DNA of 47,952 nucleotides, from positions 1 through 47,952 of IMG/VR virus record IMGVR_UViG_3300037427_003832, one strand, 5' to 3'. Under the pieces are notes generated by a model. It was given only the letters and a program-made list of their open reading frames with translations. It ran no database searches and was not told the DNA's origin. Numbering within the stretch: position 1 is the first letter of the stretch; the number at the start of each line of letters is the position of its first letter. This document shows, one piece after another, positions 16,658-25,982 of this stretch. This DNA comes from a virus. Its lineage: Duplodnaviria; Caudoviricetes. The position numbers and the translations under genes are program-made.

Positions 16658-17025
16658 TACTGCCTTGGAGAAACCATTCCTTTTCCGTGAACCACTCTTT
16701 TTGTAATTGATTTAACATCGGAAAGTTGGCAAGCCCGCATTGATATTATTGTTCGGCTGTTTCGATGTTCAGTGTTTTGATAGACAGCATCAATCTCTAT
16801 TAAGCCATCGGGCCACTGAACTATTCTTTTGCACTTCCACCAGCCTCTACCTGCATGACGCTTGTTGGTGTTAACTTTAAAAACTCTGTTTCGTTCTAAA
16901 GGATATCTAAATCCTTTTACTTTAAGTTCATCTAAAATTATAGGTCGCTTTTCTTCGGGAAGGTGTTCCCACTCTTGCCTAACTTTTGATGATTTTTTCT
17001 TTCTGGTTATTTTTTTGTTTTTCAT
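16657..17025 (-). CDS. Basic hypothetical protein
   Basis: ORF with upstream TTGACA(17080-17075)-N17-TAATCT promoter and AAGGGA RBS. Confidence 0.7.
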   Translation of the reverse strand: MKNKKITRKKKSSKVRQEWEHLPEEKRPIILDELKVKGFRYPLERNRVFKVNTNKRHAGRGWWKCKRIVQWPDGLIEIDAVYQNTEHRNSRTIISMRACQLSDVKSITKRVVHGKGMVSPRQ

Positions 17026-17076
17026 AGCATAATCCCTTAGTCGATATTACGAGATTACACTATATGTTACCAGATG

Positions 17077-18051
17077 TCAAATCGAGTCATATATCTTATT
17101 TGCTATTTCTTCTCTAATGTTCGGATTTTCATCAAGAAACGCTTTTGTATTTACCCTGCCTTGACCAATGTTTTCACCGTTGTACGCATACCATGCACCT
17201 TTTTTATCAAGTATTTCTAATGATGCACCGATATCAACAATGTCTCCAGTTCTGCTAATTCCTTCTCCGTATGTTATTTCAAACTCTGCTTGTCTAAATG
17301 GAGGGGCAACTTTGTTCTTTACAACTTTAACTCTTGTTTTATTTCCTGAAGCCTCACCATCTGCTTTAAGAGTTTCTATTCTGCGAATGTCTAGTCTTAC
17401 TGAGGAATAAAATTTTAAGGCACGTCCACCTGTAGTGGTTTCTGGAGATCCAAACATAACCCCAATTTTTTCTCTAATTTGGTTTATCATTATAAGTATT
17501 GTTTTAGAGTTGTTCAGATTTGCAACTATTTTACGCATTGCCTGTGACATTAGTCTTGCGTGAAGACCCACGAAGCTATCGCCCATTTCGCCCTCGATTT
17601 CTTTTGCAGGTGTTAGTGCAGCAACTGAATCCACAACGATCACGTCAACTGCGCCAGACTGAATTAGTTTGTTGGTTACAGTTAAGGCTTGTTCTCCAGT
17701 ATCTGGTTGACTTACTAGCAAGTTGTCTACATCGCATCCAATTGCTTTCGCATAAATGGGGTCTAAAGCGTGTTCTGCGTCAATAAACGCACAAGACCCT
17801 CCAAGTTTTTGGGCTTCAGCTACTACATGTAAAGCAAGCGTAGTCTTGCCAGAGGATTCTGGTCCGTATATTTCACATACTCGACCTTTAGGAAGGCCAC
17901 CAACTCCGAGTGCAATATCAAGGGCAATTGATCCAGTAGATATTGTTTCTATTTCCATCGAGCTAGCATCGCCAAGCCGCATAACGGTTCCTGCGCCGAA
18001 CTCTTTTTCTATTTGGCTTAGTGCGTCACTAAGTAATTTATCTTTATTCAT
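17077..18051 (-). CDS. recA: Recombinase RecA
   Basis: [42 protein letters not shown]; start trimmed to MNKDKLL. Confidence 0.98.
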   Translation of the reverse strand: MNKDKLLSDALSQIEKEFGAGTVMRLGDASSMEIETISTGSIALDIALGVGGLPKGRVCEIYGPESSGKTTLALHVVAEAQKLGGSCAFIDAEHALDPIYAKAIGCDVDNLLVSQPDTGEQALTVTNKLIQSGAVDVIVVDSVAALTPAKEIEGEMGDSFVGLHARLMSQAMRKIVANLNNSKTILIMINQIREKIGVMFGSPETTTGGRALKFYSSVRLDIRRIETLKADGEASGNKTRVKVVKNKVAPPFRQAEFEITYGEGISRTGDIVDIGASLEILDKKGAWYAYNGENIGQGRVNTKAFLDENPNIREEIANKIYDSI

Positions 18052-18057
18052 AGCTTT

Positions 18058-18101
18058 ATTGTATGGCTTCCCTTGCAATAGGTCAAGGGCTTAAATAGAA
18101 T
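18058..18101. promoter_or_regulatory. Overlapping divergent leaderless promoters (recA / 18108 gene)
   Basis: Minus TTGACC-N17-TACAAT-N6-ATG(18051); plus TTGCAA-N17-TAGAAT-N6-ATG(18108). Confidence 0.75.
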
Positions 18102-18107
18102 AAAATT

Positions 18108-18458
18108 ATGGACAAAAAGGGACCAAGAAAAATTGTTACTGAAGCGGTGAAGATTGGGACCTACGGTAACACAAAATGGCATTTGCAATTAGAGTGTGGC
18201 CATTCTCTTGACACTCAACGCAAGCCTAAAATCAATGAAACAAGAATATCCTGCAAGGCTTGTCTAAACCCTGTTTCCAATGAAGTTGCTACAGTCCCAA
18301 TAGGCTTGGCTGATGAGGTTGATCCCTTATCAGAACTAAAAATACGAGCAGCAATTGCATCATACTTTAATGTGCAGATAGAGCAGGTGGATTTCGCATG
18401 GGGCACTGCGACTGTTTTTTTAGATGCTCAACAGGTTAAAAGAATATCTAGTCAGTAA
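18108..18458 (+). CDS. Hypothetical protein with Zn-finger-like motif
   Basis: LECGH...CKAC. Confidence 0.7.
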   Translation: MDKKGPRKIVTEAVKIGTYGNTKWHLQLECGHSLDTQRKPKINETRISCKACLNPVSNEVATVPIGLADEVDPLSELKIRAAIASYFNVQIEQVDFAWGTATVFLDAQQVKRISSQ

Positions 18459-19071
18459 CCTTACAGTCTATAAAGTTTTCCCTATGTCGCCGGTAGTAAA
18501 GCAACGGCTCTTCAACATGTGAGACTGTTGCACCTAGGTCTAACATTCTGTCCCATAGTGCCCAGTCCTCACAGGCAGCATTGCCTTCTGCGAAGTCCTT
18601 GTGACGTCTGTACCCCGCTTCTTGTCCAATAGAGGTTCTGTACATTATTGATCCATGGTGTCCATCCCATTGCCAGTAAATGTCTCCATCAAGGATGTTC
18701 TCCTCTTTTGCGTCTCTGTGTCCCATCTTGTGTTCCCCTGTCACCATCACATGGTAGGTAACAATATCAGTATCTTGTTTAAGTAGGGTTTCAACCGCAT
18801 CTGACCTTAGCCAGTTGTCTGCCCCAAGAAACATTGTGTACTCTGTTTCTACTTTCATAAGCATGTCTTGGAAGTTATCAACGGTACCTAAGTTTTCTTC
18901 CCTTAGGGTGTATTTAACTTCTGGGTAAACTTTTAGAAGGTGTGTGCAGTCGCCAACGCCATCGTCCACGAAGAGTATCTTTTCTGGTTGGACCGTTTGA
19001 GAAAGCAGGCTTTCAATGCAGTGTGCTGCTAGGTGCCCATAATGGTATGATGCAACTACGACTGTTAACAT
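18448..19071 (-). CDS. Glycosyltransferase family 2
   Basis: TVVVASY..G...CIES, FVDDG, FLGADN, CEDW, PLLYYRRH. Confidence 0.9.
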   Translation of the reverse strand: MLTVVVASYHYGHLAAHCIESLLSQTVQPEKILFVDDGVGDCTHLLKVYPEVKYTLREENLGTVDNFQDMLMKVETEYTMFLGADNWLRSDAVETLLKQDTDIVTYHVMVTGEHKMGHRDAKEENILDGDIYWQWDGHHGSIMYRTSIGQEAGYRRHKDFAEGNAACEDWALWDRMLDLGATVSHVEEPLLYYRRHRENFIDCKVTD

Positions 19072-19799
19072 GGTATTCTGCTTGCATCAATGTGTGGAAC
19101 GAGTCGCCCATCTACTAAATAGTCAGGGTACTCTAGCACACTATCTGATTTGCAAAACCCGTTCATATAAGTCATACGTGATTGATTAGAGGTGTTTGCT
19201 TCGCTTCCATGGACAATTGTAACTGACCAAAGCATAACGTCGCCCTTGTGTGCTATATATTTAGTTCCAGACAGTTCTTTGCGTTCAAACTTTCTAAGAT
19301 TTTCAGGAGTGTCAAAGTTTGCCCATTCATGTGACCCTTCAATAAATTCTACAGCTCCATTTTCTTCTGTAATGTCATCTATTGCTATAATTGTCTGCAG
19401 GTAGTCTGTTTCAACAGTGTCTTTAAATTGAGATCTTTCCCTGAAAATTGTGTCTCGATGCCAAGCAAATGTATCTATGTCTTCTGCTTCACGAAAGTAA
19501 ACTTGGTTGTTTATTTGTCGAACGTTTGGACCTAAAAATGTACTTACAATGTGTAGCATTCTGGGGTCCGTTCGAATAACGTTTAAATAGTCGTTTGCTA
19601 AAGCAGGAAAAAATATTAAAGATTTTTTATTGTAGGCTTTTTCGCTTGGAATATGGGGATATCCTGCACTAGTTATGTCTTCATCTGTGACTGAGTATGC
19701 TGCAGCTTTCATTAGATCGCACTCTTGTTCTGTAAAAACTGCAGGAATGACTGCTATTCCCTTTTTTAAGAATACTGCTTTGCTAGATGAAAGGGACAT
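19065..19799 (-). CDS. 2-oxoglutarate/Fe(II) dioxygenase, PhyH family
   Basis: WHRD (HxD), IAIDD..EENG....EGSH, GDV..W....VHGS..N.S..SR. Confidence 0.9.
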   Translation of the reverse strand: MSLSSSKAVFLKKGIAVIPAVFTEQECDLMKAAAYSVTDEDITSAGYPHIPSEKAYNKKSLIFFPALANDYLNVIRTDPRMLHIVSTFLGPNVRQINNQVYFREAEDIDTFAWHRDTIFRERSQFKDTVETDYLQTIIAIDDITEENGAVEFIEGSHEWANFDTPENLRKFERKELSGTKYIAHKGDVMLWSVTIVHGSEANTSNQSRMTYMNGFCKSDSVLEYPDYLVDGRLVPHIDASRIPC

Positions 19800-20304
19800 A
19801 GTCACTATATATTTTGTATCTAGCATCAGGAGCAAACTCATCTTGTTCTCCCTGAGTAACTGAGTATGCTTTTTCGTAGCCTGCTTCTTTTACTAAGCTT
19901 ATGACCCTGTCATCATATTCACCATATGGATATCTTAGGTACTTTGTGGGAAATGGTGCTGTTATTTCTTGGAGCACTTCTTTGTCGGAAAGCTCAGTCA
20001 AGTTCCTGTGCGACCAAGTGTGCCAGCCTATTTCAAAATTGTGTGTAAAGCACAACTGTTTGACTTGAAAAAGTGTGCAGAAAGTTTCTAATTTCGGGAC
20101 GTTGTCTAAATCAAACTCGTTGTCCTTACCCATGTAGCCACCCATTACAAACATGATTCCTGACTTGCCTTCTAGGACGTCTTGGTTTTTGTATACGTTC
20201 CAGTACACACCATCAAAACCAATTGGTTCATTGCAAGCAAGAATCTGCTCACGGGTGTGGTAGTTTGAATGATCTTCATCTCCTATGCTGTGTGCTAGTC
20301 TCAT
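19783..20304 (-). CDS. Polysaccharide deacetylase (NodB/CE4-like)
   Basis: GFDG, EIGWHTWSH.NL, RYPYG. Confidence 0.85.
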   Translation of the reverse strand: MRLAHSIGDEDHSNYHTREQILACNEPIGFDGVYWNVYKNQDVLEGKSGIMFVMGGYMGKDNEFDLDNVPKLETFCTLFQVKQLCFTHNFEIGWHTWSHRNLTELSDKEVLQEITAPFPTKYLRYPYGEYDDRVISLVKEAGYEKAYSVTQGEQDEFAPDARYKIYSDYVPFI

Positions 20305-20795
20305 GCGTACTCCCATACGTCAATTATGTGCGTATACTCTCTGTAGGGTATCTCGAAATGCCGTATCCTGCTACCGAATCCGTAGGGTTTAAGCCAGCCT
20401 TTTATTCCTGCAATCATAACTTTAGTCCCGTGCGTTTGAGAGGAAGCCCCATGGATTATGCGGTTTACAAGGGCATGATCATACTGTTCGTACAAGACCC
20501 CTGCCGCTATTACTAGGTCGTACTTCTGTGTTATTCGCTGGACTCTTTCTACGCTTTCGGGGAGTCGCCCTGCCGCCTCGTCGCTGAGTTCAAAGGCATG
20601 TTTCGTTTCGCTAGGTAGGTCCTTTGTTATCCACCCTTCGCCAGCACCGATGTCGAGCGCTTGTGCAAATGCGGGGCCGACGTCTTCAAGCACCGCCATG
20701 TAGAAGTTTTTTCGGTAGATGTCGTCTGAGTGTGTCTGGTATGCCCAAGGGTCTGGCGTGCTGTACCAGTTTTCGAGTTCTTCTTTTGTCTGCAT
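20301..20795 (-). CDS. SAM-dependent methyltransferase (NodS-like)
   Basis: DPWAY...D..RK, ALDIGAGEG, YDLVIA.GVLY; promoter TTGCCA-N17-TAGAAT 7 nt upstream. Confidence 0.8.
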   Translation of the reverse strand: MQTKEELENWYSTPDPWAYQTHSDDIYRKNFYMAVLEDVGPAFAQALDIGAGEGWITKDLPSETKHAFELSDEAAGRLPESVERVQRITQKYDLVIAAGVLYEQYDHALVNRIIHGASSQTHGTKVMIAGIKGWLKPYGFGSRIRHFEIPYREYTHIIDVWEYA

Positions 20796-20827
20796 GTGCT
20801 TTATTCTACATTCCTAGTTCGTTTTTG

Positions 20828-21235
20828 GCAAAGACTACCTACCCATTCGTGTGGTATTAGGCGATACCCTACGAACGGCACTAGGCTGGTCCTGTAATGA
20901 TTTTAAGATCTACTTGCTCTTCGACTCCAACGCCACCTATTTTTTCAGTGACGCAACACTCCCCAGATATGGCTCTGGTAGCCCGTGTGTCGGAACCGCT
21001 TGGGCTCTTGCTAGTTCCGAACCTACTCCTCAAGTCCTAATGTTCTCCGTGCAGTGACTGGAGTGCTGCCTAGCACTGTTATCCAGTTTATCGTGCGATT
21101 CAAATCTTCACTCTTTGGGTAGGCGTGCCCGTTTATCTCACCAGTTGCGTAACGTGTTTCCCACCAGTGTCCAAGCAAGCCTTTATGTCATCGAGATTTC
21201 TCGGAAGGCTTTAAAATTTTTCTCCTGTCTTGTTG
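20828..21235 (-). ncRNA. Candidate large structured ncRNA (~400 nt)
   Basis: Promoter TTGACA(21270-21265)-N17-TAAAGT; no credible ORF; at least six stems including a long-range closing helix. Confidence 0.55.
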
Positions 21236-21319
21236 CCTGTTACTTTATAATCACAAGCGAACGATGTCAAGCCATATTTTCCATTTGTTTTCTTGACAAA
21301 TTTTCCTTATCATACTGGT

Positions 21320-21553
21320 ATGTTAAATTTAAAAATACCCTCTTGGTTTGAGGATGCGCCTTGTTCAGGGGAAAATGAATTGTTTTTTTCAAGTCATCCT
21401 ACAGATAGAAAAAAAGCTTGCATGGTATGTGTTGATTCTTGTAAAAATGTTAATGATTGTTTACAGTTTGCTGTGTCGGAAAATCTTAAAATAGGAGTAT
21501 GGGGTGGAAAGACGGGCCCACAGATAGAAAGATTGGTTAAGGCAGATGGGTAA
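21320..21553 (+). CDS. whiB: WhiB-family Fe-S transcription factor
   Basis: W...A.C.......FF......C..SC.....C...A......GVWGG; leaderless (TTGTTT-N17-TATCAT-N6-ATG). Confidence 0.9.
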   Translation: MLNLKIPSWFEDAPCSGENELFFSSHPTDRKKACMVCVDSCKNVNDCLQFAVSENLKIGVWGGKTGPQIERLVKADG

Positions 21554-21968
21554 TAATGAAGAAGTAGATTTTTTAGATAATGATGTTTTAGCAGTCATGG
21601 ACAGAAACGGTGTTAAAGTTACTTTTATTGTTTGTGATAACGATGCGCTTGGCCCTGAACACTACAGACTTTTGTTATGGGATAAAAGCGAAGTTTTGAT
21701 TGGGATATCCTATCAGTATTTGCACCATCATTTCAATGACGTTATTATGAATGATGTTTTAGAAGTTATGAAGTCTACGATTGAAACAGATGTATGCCAA
21801 ATTGAGGATATTGAGGATCACCCTGATTTTAGAGAGATAGCTATAGACGCCATGAGCGATAACTTATCTAAGATACTAAAGATCTTAATATCTTCGCCAA
21901 AAGGCAAGATAGAAAGTTTTAAATCGTCGTCAATCGATGAAAGCATTGCTGAAATTTTAGATTCTTGA
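21546..21968 (+). CDS. Hypothetical protein
   Basis: ORF overlapping the whiB stop. Confidence 0.75.
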   Translation: MGNNEEVDFLDNDVLAVMDRNGVKVTFIVCDNDALGPEHYRLLLWDKSEVLIGISYQYLHHHFNDVIMNDVLEVMKSTIETDVCQIEDIEDHPDFREIAIDAMSDNLSKILKILISSPKGKIESFKSSSIDESIAEILDS

Positions 21969-21993
21969 CTTTTTTCTAGAGGCACGGTACAAT
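21965..21993 (+). promoter_or_regulatory. Promoter of recombination operon
   Basis: TTGACT-N17-TACAAT. Confidence 0.75.
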
Positions 21994-22026
21994 ACTACTA
22001 ATACTTACTATTTACTATGAGGTAAA

Positions 22027-22554
22027 ATGAATAAAAAAGATGACGCTATTCCAGACTTGATAAGTGATATTTCCGGCAAGTTAGAAGATCTTGAGACTAT
22101 CCTATTTGAAGAATCTGGGGCAGCAACGTTAAAAGACGTTGCTTTAGAAGACGAAGAGTTTTTGCAAAGAATTGTTGATTTGCACTCTTTAAAGAAAAAG
22201 ATAACCTACATCTTTTCTGAGTATCAAGACATAGTATCGTCGCACGTGGGGTTGGTAACTCAACCCGTTCAAGTCAATGGTGCAACAGTTGAAATCAAGA
22301 ATGGTTCTTCTAGAAAGACTTGGGCACATAAAGAATTAGCTGCAGATGTTAGTAAGAGAATCATGCAACGAAGCATCAACATCGATACGGGCGAAATTAC
22401 TAAGTCTACTGAAGAAATGATGCAGGAATTGGTAAACTTTATGGGTGTTTCATATTGGAAAGTTACTGAATTGAAAAAGATTGCCATTGATGCAGATGAA
22501 TACTGTGAAGTTAGCCCCCCAAAAAAGAGCGTAGTTATTAGGAGATCATCGTGA
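22027..22554 (+). CDS. Hypothetical protein in recombination operon
   Basis: GAGG RBS; translationally coupled to the annealase gene. Confidence 0.8.
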   Translation: MNKKDDAIPDLISDISGKLEDLETILFEESGAATLKDVALEDEEFLQRIVDLHSLKKKITYIFSEYQDIVSSHVGLVTQPVQVNGATVEIKNGSSRKTWAHKELAADVSKRIMQRSINIDTGEITKSTEEMMQELVNFMGVSYWKVTELKKIAIDADEYCEVSPPKKSVVIRRSS

Positions 22555-23180
22555 ATATTTTAAGTGCTTTATCAGAACCTTTCCCAAGCGAAGTTGAAAA
22601 ACAACTGAAAAAGGGAGGAGCTAGTTTAACTTATATACCTGTAAGTGAAGTCATAACACGTCTGAATAAGGTTTTAGGTGTGGATATGTGGTCATACGAG
22701 ATTCTTAGCTGTTACAGAGACGAGTTAGACCCTGATTTTGTTGTGGCACACGTTCGCCTTAGCGCTACGTTTGTTCCTACAGATAACGCTCCTTCGATTA
22801 TCATAACCAAAGATGGTATTGGTGGTCAAAAAATAAAACGCACAAAAAATGGGGGCATTCTAGACCTAGGTGATGAAATGAAAGGCGCAGTTTCAGATGC
22901 ATTGAAGAAAGCTGCTCAGCATTTCGGGGTGGGGATTTACTTAGCTAGATCTGAAGAGTCAATGAACTTAGAAGCTTACGAAGAGCAAGCTCAAAATTCT
23001 ATTTCAGATGAGCACTTTGAAAAGTTGCGAGAGCTACTTAATTCTCTTGAGCCTGATAAGAGATCAGAAGCTAAAGATTATTGGGACAAAATATCTAATA
23101 ATCTTGAATTTGACCAAAGCAGCATAACTAATGCGTTGTTGTCAGAAATGTTGTCATTTGTAAAAGCTAATTTAAAGTAG
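22551..23180 (+). CDS. Rad52/Rad22-family (Sak-like) ssDNA annealing protein
   Basis: LSEPFP...LTYI....VITRLNKVLG...W; KGAVSDALKKAA.HFGVG.YL. Confidence 0.88.
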   Translation: MNILSALSEPFPSEVEKQLKKGGASLTYIPVSEVITRLNKVLGVDMWSYEILSCYRDELDPDFVVAHVRLSATFVPTDNAPSIIITKDGIGGQKIKRTKNGGILDLGDEMKGAVSDALKKAAQHFGVGIYLARSEESMNLEAYEEQAQNSISDEHFEKLRELLNSLEPDKRSEAKDYWDKISNNLEFDQSSITNALLSEMLSFVKANLK

Positions 23181-23185
23181 GCGAT

Positions 23186-23977
23186 ATGCAAGACAGTTTA
23201 CCGATGGAGTCAGTTCCATACAGCCTGCCAAGCTACTTGTCTCCAAGTTCAATAGGTACATTTAATCAATGTCCGATGAGATACAAGTATGCAAAGCTAG
23301 ATAAAATACCTGAGCCGTCTACAGAGCCACAGATTCTAGGATCGTTTGTGCACGAGATACTAGAAGATTTATTTAAGTTAGATGCTAGTGAGCGTACTGA
23401 GCCGAATGCTAGGAAAATTGCTAAAGGGCTTTGGAATGATAAGTGGGCCGAAGAGTACCACGATTTAATTAAAAAAGATTCATCTGAAAATGAGTTTAGG
23501 TGGAAAGCTTGGTGGTGTGTTGAAAACTATTTTGCAATGGAAGATCCGACGGCCTTTGAAGCTGAAGGTATTGAGGCAAAAATGGATGGGGATATTAACG
23601 GTGTTCCTATCTATGGAATTATTGACAGATGGTCTTTGTCAGAGGACAACAAGTTAATAATTTCAGATTACAAAACAGGCAAGAAGCCAAGAAAGCAGTA
23701 TGAGTGGGAAAAGAAAATGCAAATTTCAATTTATTGCATACTTTTAGAAAAAGAAACTGGTCTTAGTATTGACAGAGGTGAGTTGCTGTATTTGAAATCA
23801 GGAAGTTTTGCACGCTATGATATTTCTGACGATATGAAAGAGGCTGTAACAAAAGAAATTACGGAGACATGGAATCAACTGAAAGTTAGTTGTGAGTCTG
23901 GTGAGTTTGAAACTAGGACAGGACCTTTGTGTAATTGGTGCAACTATCAAAAGATATGCCCTGCTTGGAGAAAGTAA
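23186..23977 (+). CDS. RecB-like/Cas4-like PD-(D/E)XK nuclease
   Basis: LSPSS....QCP, G..VH..LE, GIIDR, ISDYKTGK, C-terminal CNWC....CP. Confidence 0.92.
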   Translation: MQDSLPMESVPYSLPSYLSPSSIGTFNQCPMRYKYAKLDKIPEPSTEPQILGSFVHEILEDLFKLDASERTEPNARKIAKGLWNDKWAEEYHDLIKKDSSENEFRWKAWWCVENYFAMEDPTAFEAEGIEAKMDGDINGVPIYGIIDRWSLSEDNKLIISDYKTGKKPRKQYEWEKKMQISIYCILLEKETGLSIDRGELLYLKSGSFARYDISDDMKEAVTKEITETWNQLKVSCESGEFETRTGPLCNWCNYQKICPAWRK

Positions 23978-24432
23978 TGATTTCAGAAGACCAATTTGCT
24001 TTGATGGTTTCGGAAGATATAAAAAATAAAGCAGATCAGACCACTAAAGATATTTTAAGATCAAAAGATAATCGTGATCGTTGGAGACAAGCTCTTATAA
24101 AGATTATATCTAATGTTGAAAAAAGAGTAGACTATCTAAGCAAAGAAGCTATGTCATTAAGGCATAATTATCCAAATTTTGAAGATGATCCTGCAGGGTC
24201 TATAGCCAAGACTATTGAAAAATCTGAAAGATTTAAGTTTCATGCTGAAAAAAAGTTAGCAGAAGTAGACAGATTAATTTTTTTAAAGGAAGAAAACCCT
24301 GACGCCAAATTATCTGGATTTTTAAAAGACGCTATTTTGATGCATAAACAACTTAAACAGAGTTACAAAAGGCCCGCAGATCATGCTGATGTTGCTTTAT
24401 GGAACGCCATAGACGGTAAGTGGACATTCTGA
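23977..24432 (+). CDS. Hypothetical protein, tandem paralog 1
   Basis: Start at MISEDQF (TAATG overlap); similar to the next ORF. Confidence 0.8.
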   Translation: MISEDQFALMVSEDIKNKADQTTKDILRSKDNRDRWRQALIKIISNVEKRVDYLSKEAMSLRHNYPNFEDDPAGSIAKTIEKSERFKFHAEKKLAEVDRLIFLKEENPDAKLSGFLKDAILMHKQLKQSYKRPADHADVALWNAIDGKWTF

Positions 24433-24442
24433 TGAAGGCGCT

Positions 24443-24886
24443 ATGAAAGACTTTGAAATAATTGTGTCAGAAGATATAAAAAATAAATCTTCTGGAACAG
24501 ATAAAGAATTTTTAAAATCTCACAAAGAGGAGTGGCGTAATGCCTTGTTAGTTATTGTAAAAACAGTATCTAACAAAGTTAAAGAGCTAGACAATGAAAT
24601 AGACACTTTGCGCAGCACATACTCTGGTTTTGAAATTGATCCTGCGTCTGGACTAGACGAGCAACGGACAAAAGCAAATCGCTTTAGGTTCCATGCAGAA
24701 AAAAAGTTAGCAGAAGTTGATAGGTTGATTGGGCTGGGAACCGAAACTAACCAAGACAGTAAGTTGATTGATTTTTTGCGTGATGCAATTAGCGCACATA
24801 AAGTGTGGGTTCTTGAGAATGGTCATTCACCTCGTAAAGGCGATGAGTTGCTTTGGGAAGCACTTGATGGAAAGTTAAGTATTTAG
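24443..24886 (+). CDS. Hypothetical protein, tandem paralog 2
   Basis: Shares VSEDIKNK, FHAEKKLAEVDRLI, FL.DAI..HK and LW.A.DGK with paralog 1. Confidence 0.8.
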   Translation: MKDFEIIVSEDIKNKSSGTDKEFLKSHKEEWRNALLVIVKTVSNKVKELDNEIDTLRSTYSGFEIDPASGLDEQRTKANRFRFHAEKKLAEVDRLIGLGTETNQDSKLIDFLRDAISAHKVWVLENGHSPRKGDELLWEALDGKLSI

Positions 24887-24887
24887 T

Positions 24888-25982
24888 ATGAAAATTGGTT
24901 TTGCGTCTAATGATTGGTCCAGAAGCGTAGCTAATATTCATGGGCATCCAGTTATGGGAGGTTCTGGGCATGTCAGAATCGGGCAATACTTGAAGTATCT
25001 TAGAAAGCAAGGCGTTGATGCTGAGTGTGGTATTTTAGCACAGAATAGTATGACTGGAACTTTTGGCGTACACTGTTGGAACGGTGTAGACCATTTTGAT
25101 TGTGATGTTATTGTTATGCAGAGATACATGCACATGCAGGCTTTAACTGATTTAATACGTGCGAAATCCACAGGGCAAATAATTTTGCAAGACATTGACG
25201 ATTGGTATTGGGGGTTAAGTCCATTGAATGCTGCTTATGATGCTTCCTTGCCTTCCAAAAACCCCGCAGAGAACACAGACTGGTATCGAGACATCATCAA
25301 AGCTAGCGATGGGGTAATAGCTTCTACTGATTTTCTTTATGAAAAAATGAAAATGTGGAATGAAAACACTTTGGTGCATAAGAACCACGTAGAAGCAAAT
25401 AAGTATTCCCCAAGAGAGCATCGAAATGATACTGAGAAACTTGTAGTAGGGTGGATGGGGTCTACTTCTCATAGGAGTGGTGATCTTGAGATACTACGTC
25501 CGTATTCACAGGAAATTAGTGAATATGCAACATGGCACCATACAGGCCATATGGTAAGCCCTCATATCCCTACTTTTTCAAGCGCAGTTGGCGTAAATGG
25601 TACGGAAGTATCTTTAAGTCAATTTTTGCCGCCAGAGCAGCTGCATCTAGGGTTTACTTTTGATGCAGGTATAGTACCTTTAACAGACATACCTTTTAAT
25701 CATGCGAAGTCCTATATTAAAGGAATTGAGTATGCATGTGGGGGAGTTCCTTTCGTAGCATCAGCTGTACCAGAGTATGTTGAGTTATCAGAAAAATATG
25801 GAATTGGAGTTATAGCCGAATCCCCTAAAGATTATGTCAAGCTATTAAAAAGGTTTGTTGATCCTGAATACAGGCAAGAAGTAGCTGATAATAATTTCAA
25901 AAAAGTACAAAGATTTGATACAAGGCACGGGGCTAAACTACTATTCTCAACTATTAAAAAGCTTAAAAAGGGCGCTAGATGA
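24888..25982 (+). CDS. Glycosyltransferase (GT-B fold, GT4-like)
   Basis: VMQR, DIDD, VGWMGS.SH.GDL, PL...FN.AKS.IK..EY...GVP.VAS. Confidence 0.85.
   Translation: MKIGFASNDWSRSVANIHGHPVMGGSGHVRIGQYLKYLRKQGVDAECGILAQNSMTGTFGVHCWNGVDHFDCDVIVMQRYMHMQALTDLIRAKSTGQIILQDIDDWYWGLSPLNAAYDASLPSKNPAENTDWYRDIIKASDGVIASTDFLYEKMKMWNENTLVHKNHVEANKYSPREHRNDTEKLVVGWMGSTSHRSGDLEILRPYSQEISEYATWHHTGHMVSPHIPTFSSAVGVNGTEVSLSQFLPPEQLHLGFTFDAGIVPLTDIPFNHAKSYIKGIEYACGGVPFVASAVPEYVELSEKYGIGVIAESPKDYVKLLKRFVDPEYRQEVADNNFKKVQRFDTRHGAKLLFSTIKKLKKGAR

Noticed and set aside
20828-21235. tmRNA, RNase P, SRP, tRNA or group I intron identity
   Set aside because: I could not find their hallmark motifs (tRNA-like TTCRA/CCA ends, GAGGAAAGUCC, paired R/S elements), so it is left as an unknown ncRNA candidate.
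20851-21351. Plus-strand 68-aa and 78-aa ORFs in the large intergenic gap
   Set aside because: No RBS or leaderless promoter, atypical composition, and one crosses promoters and whiB; the region is better explained as structured RNA.
23186-23977. Cas4-like nuclease as a sign of CRISPR-Cas
   Set aside because: No other cas genes or array; it sits in a recombination operon next to a Sak-like annealase.
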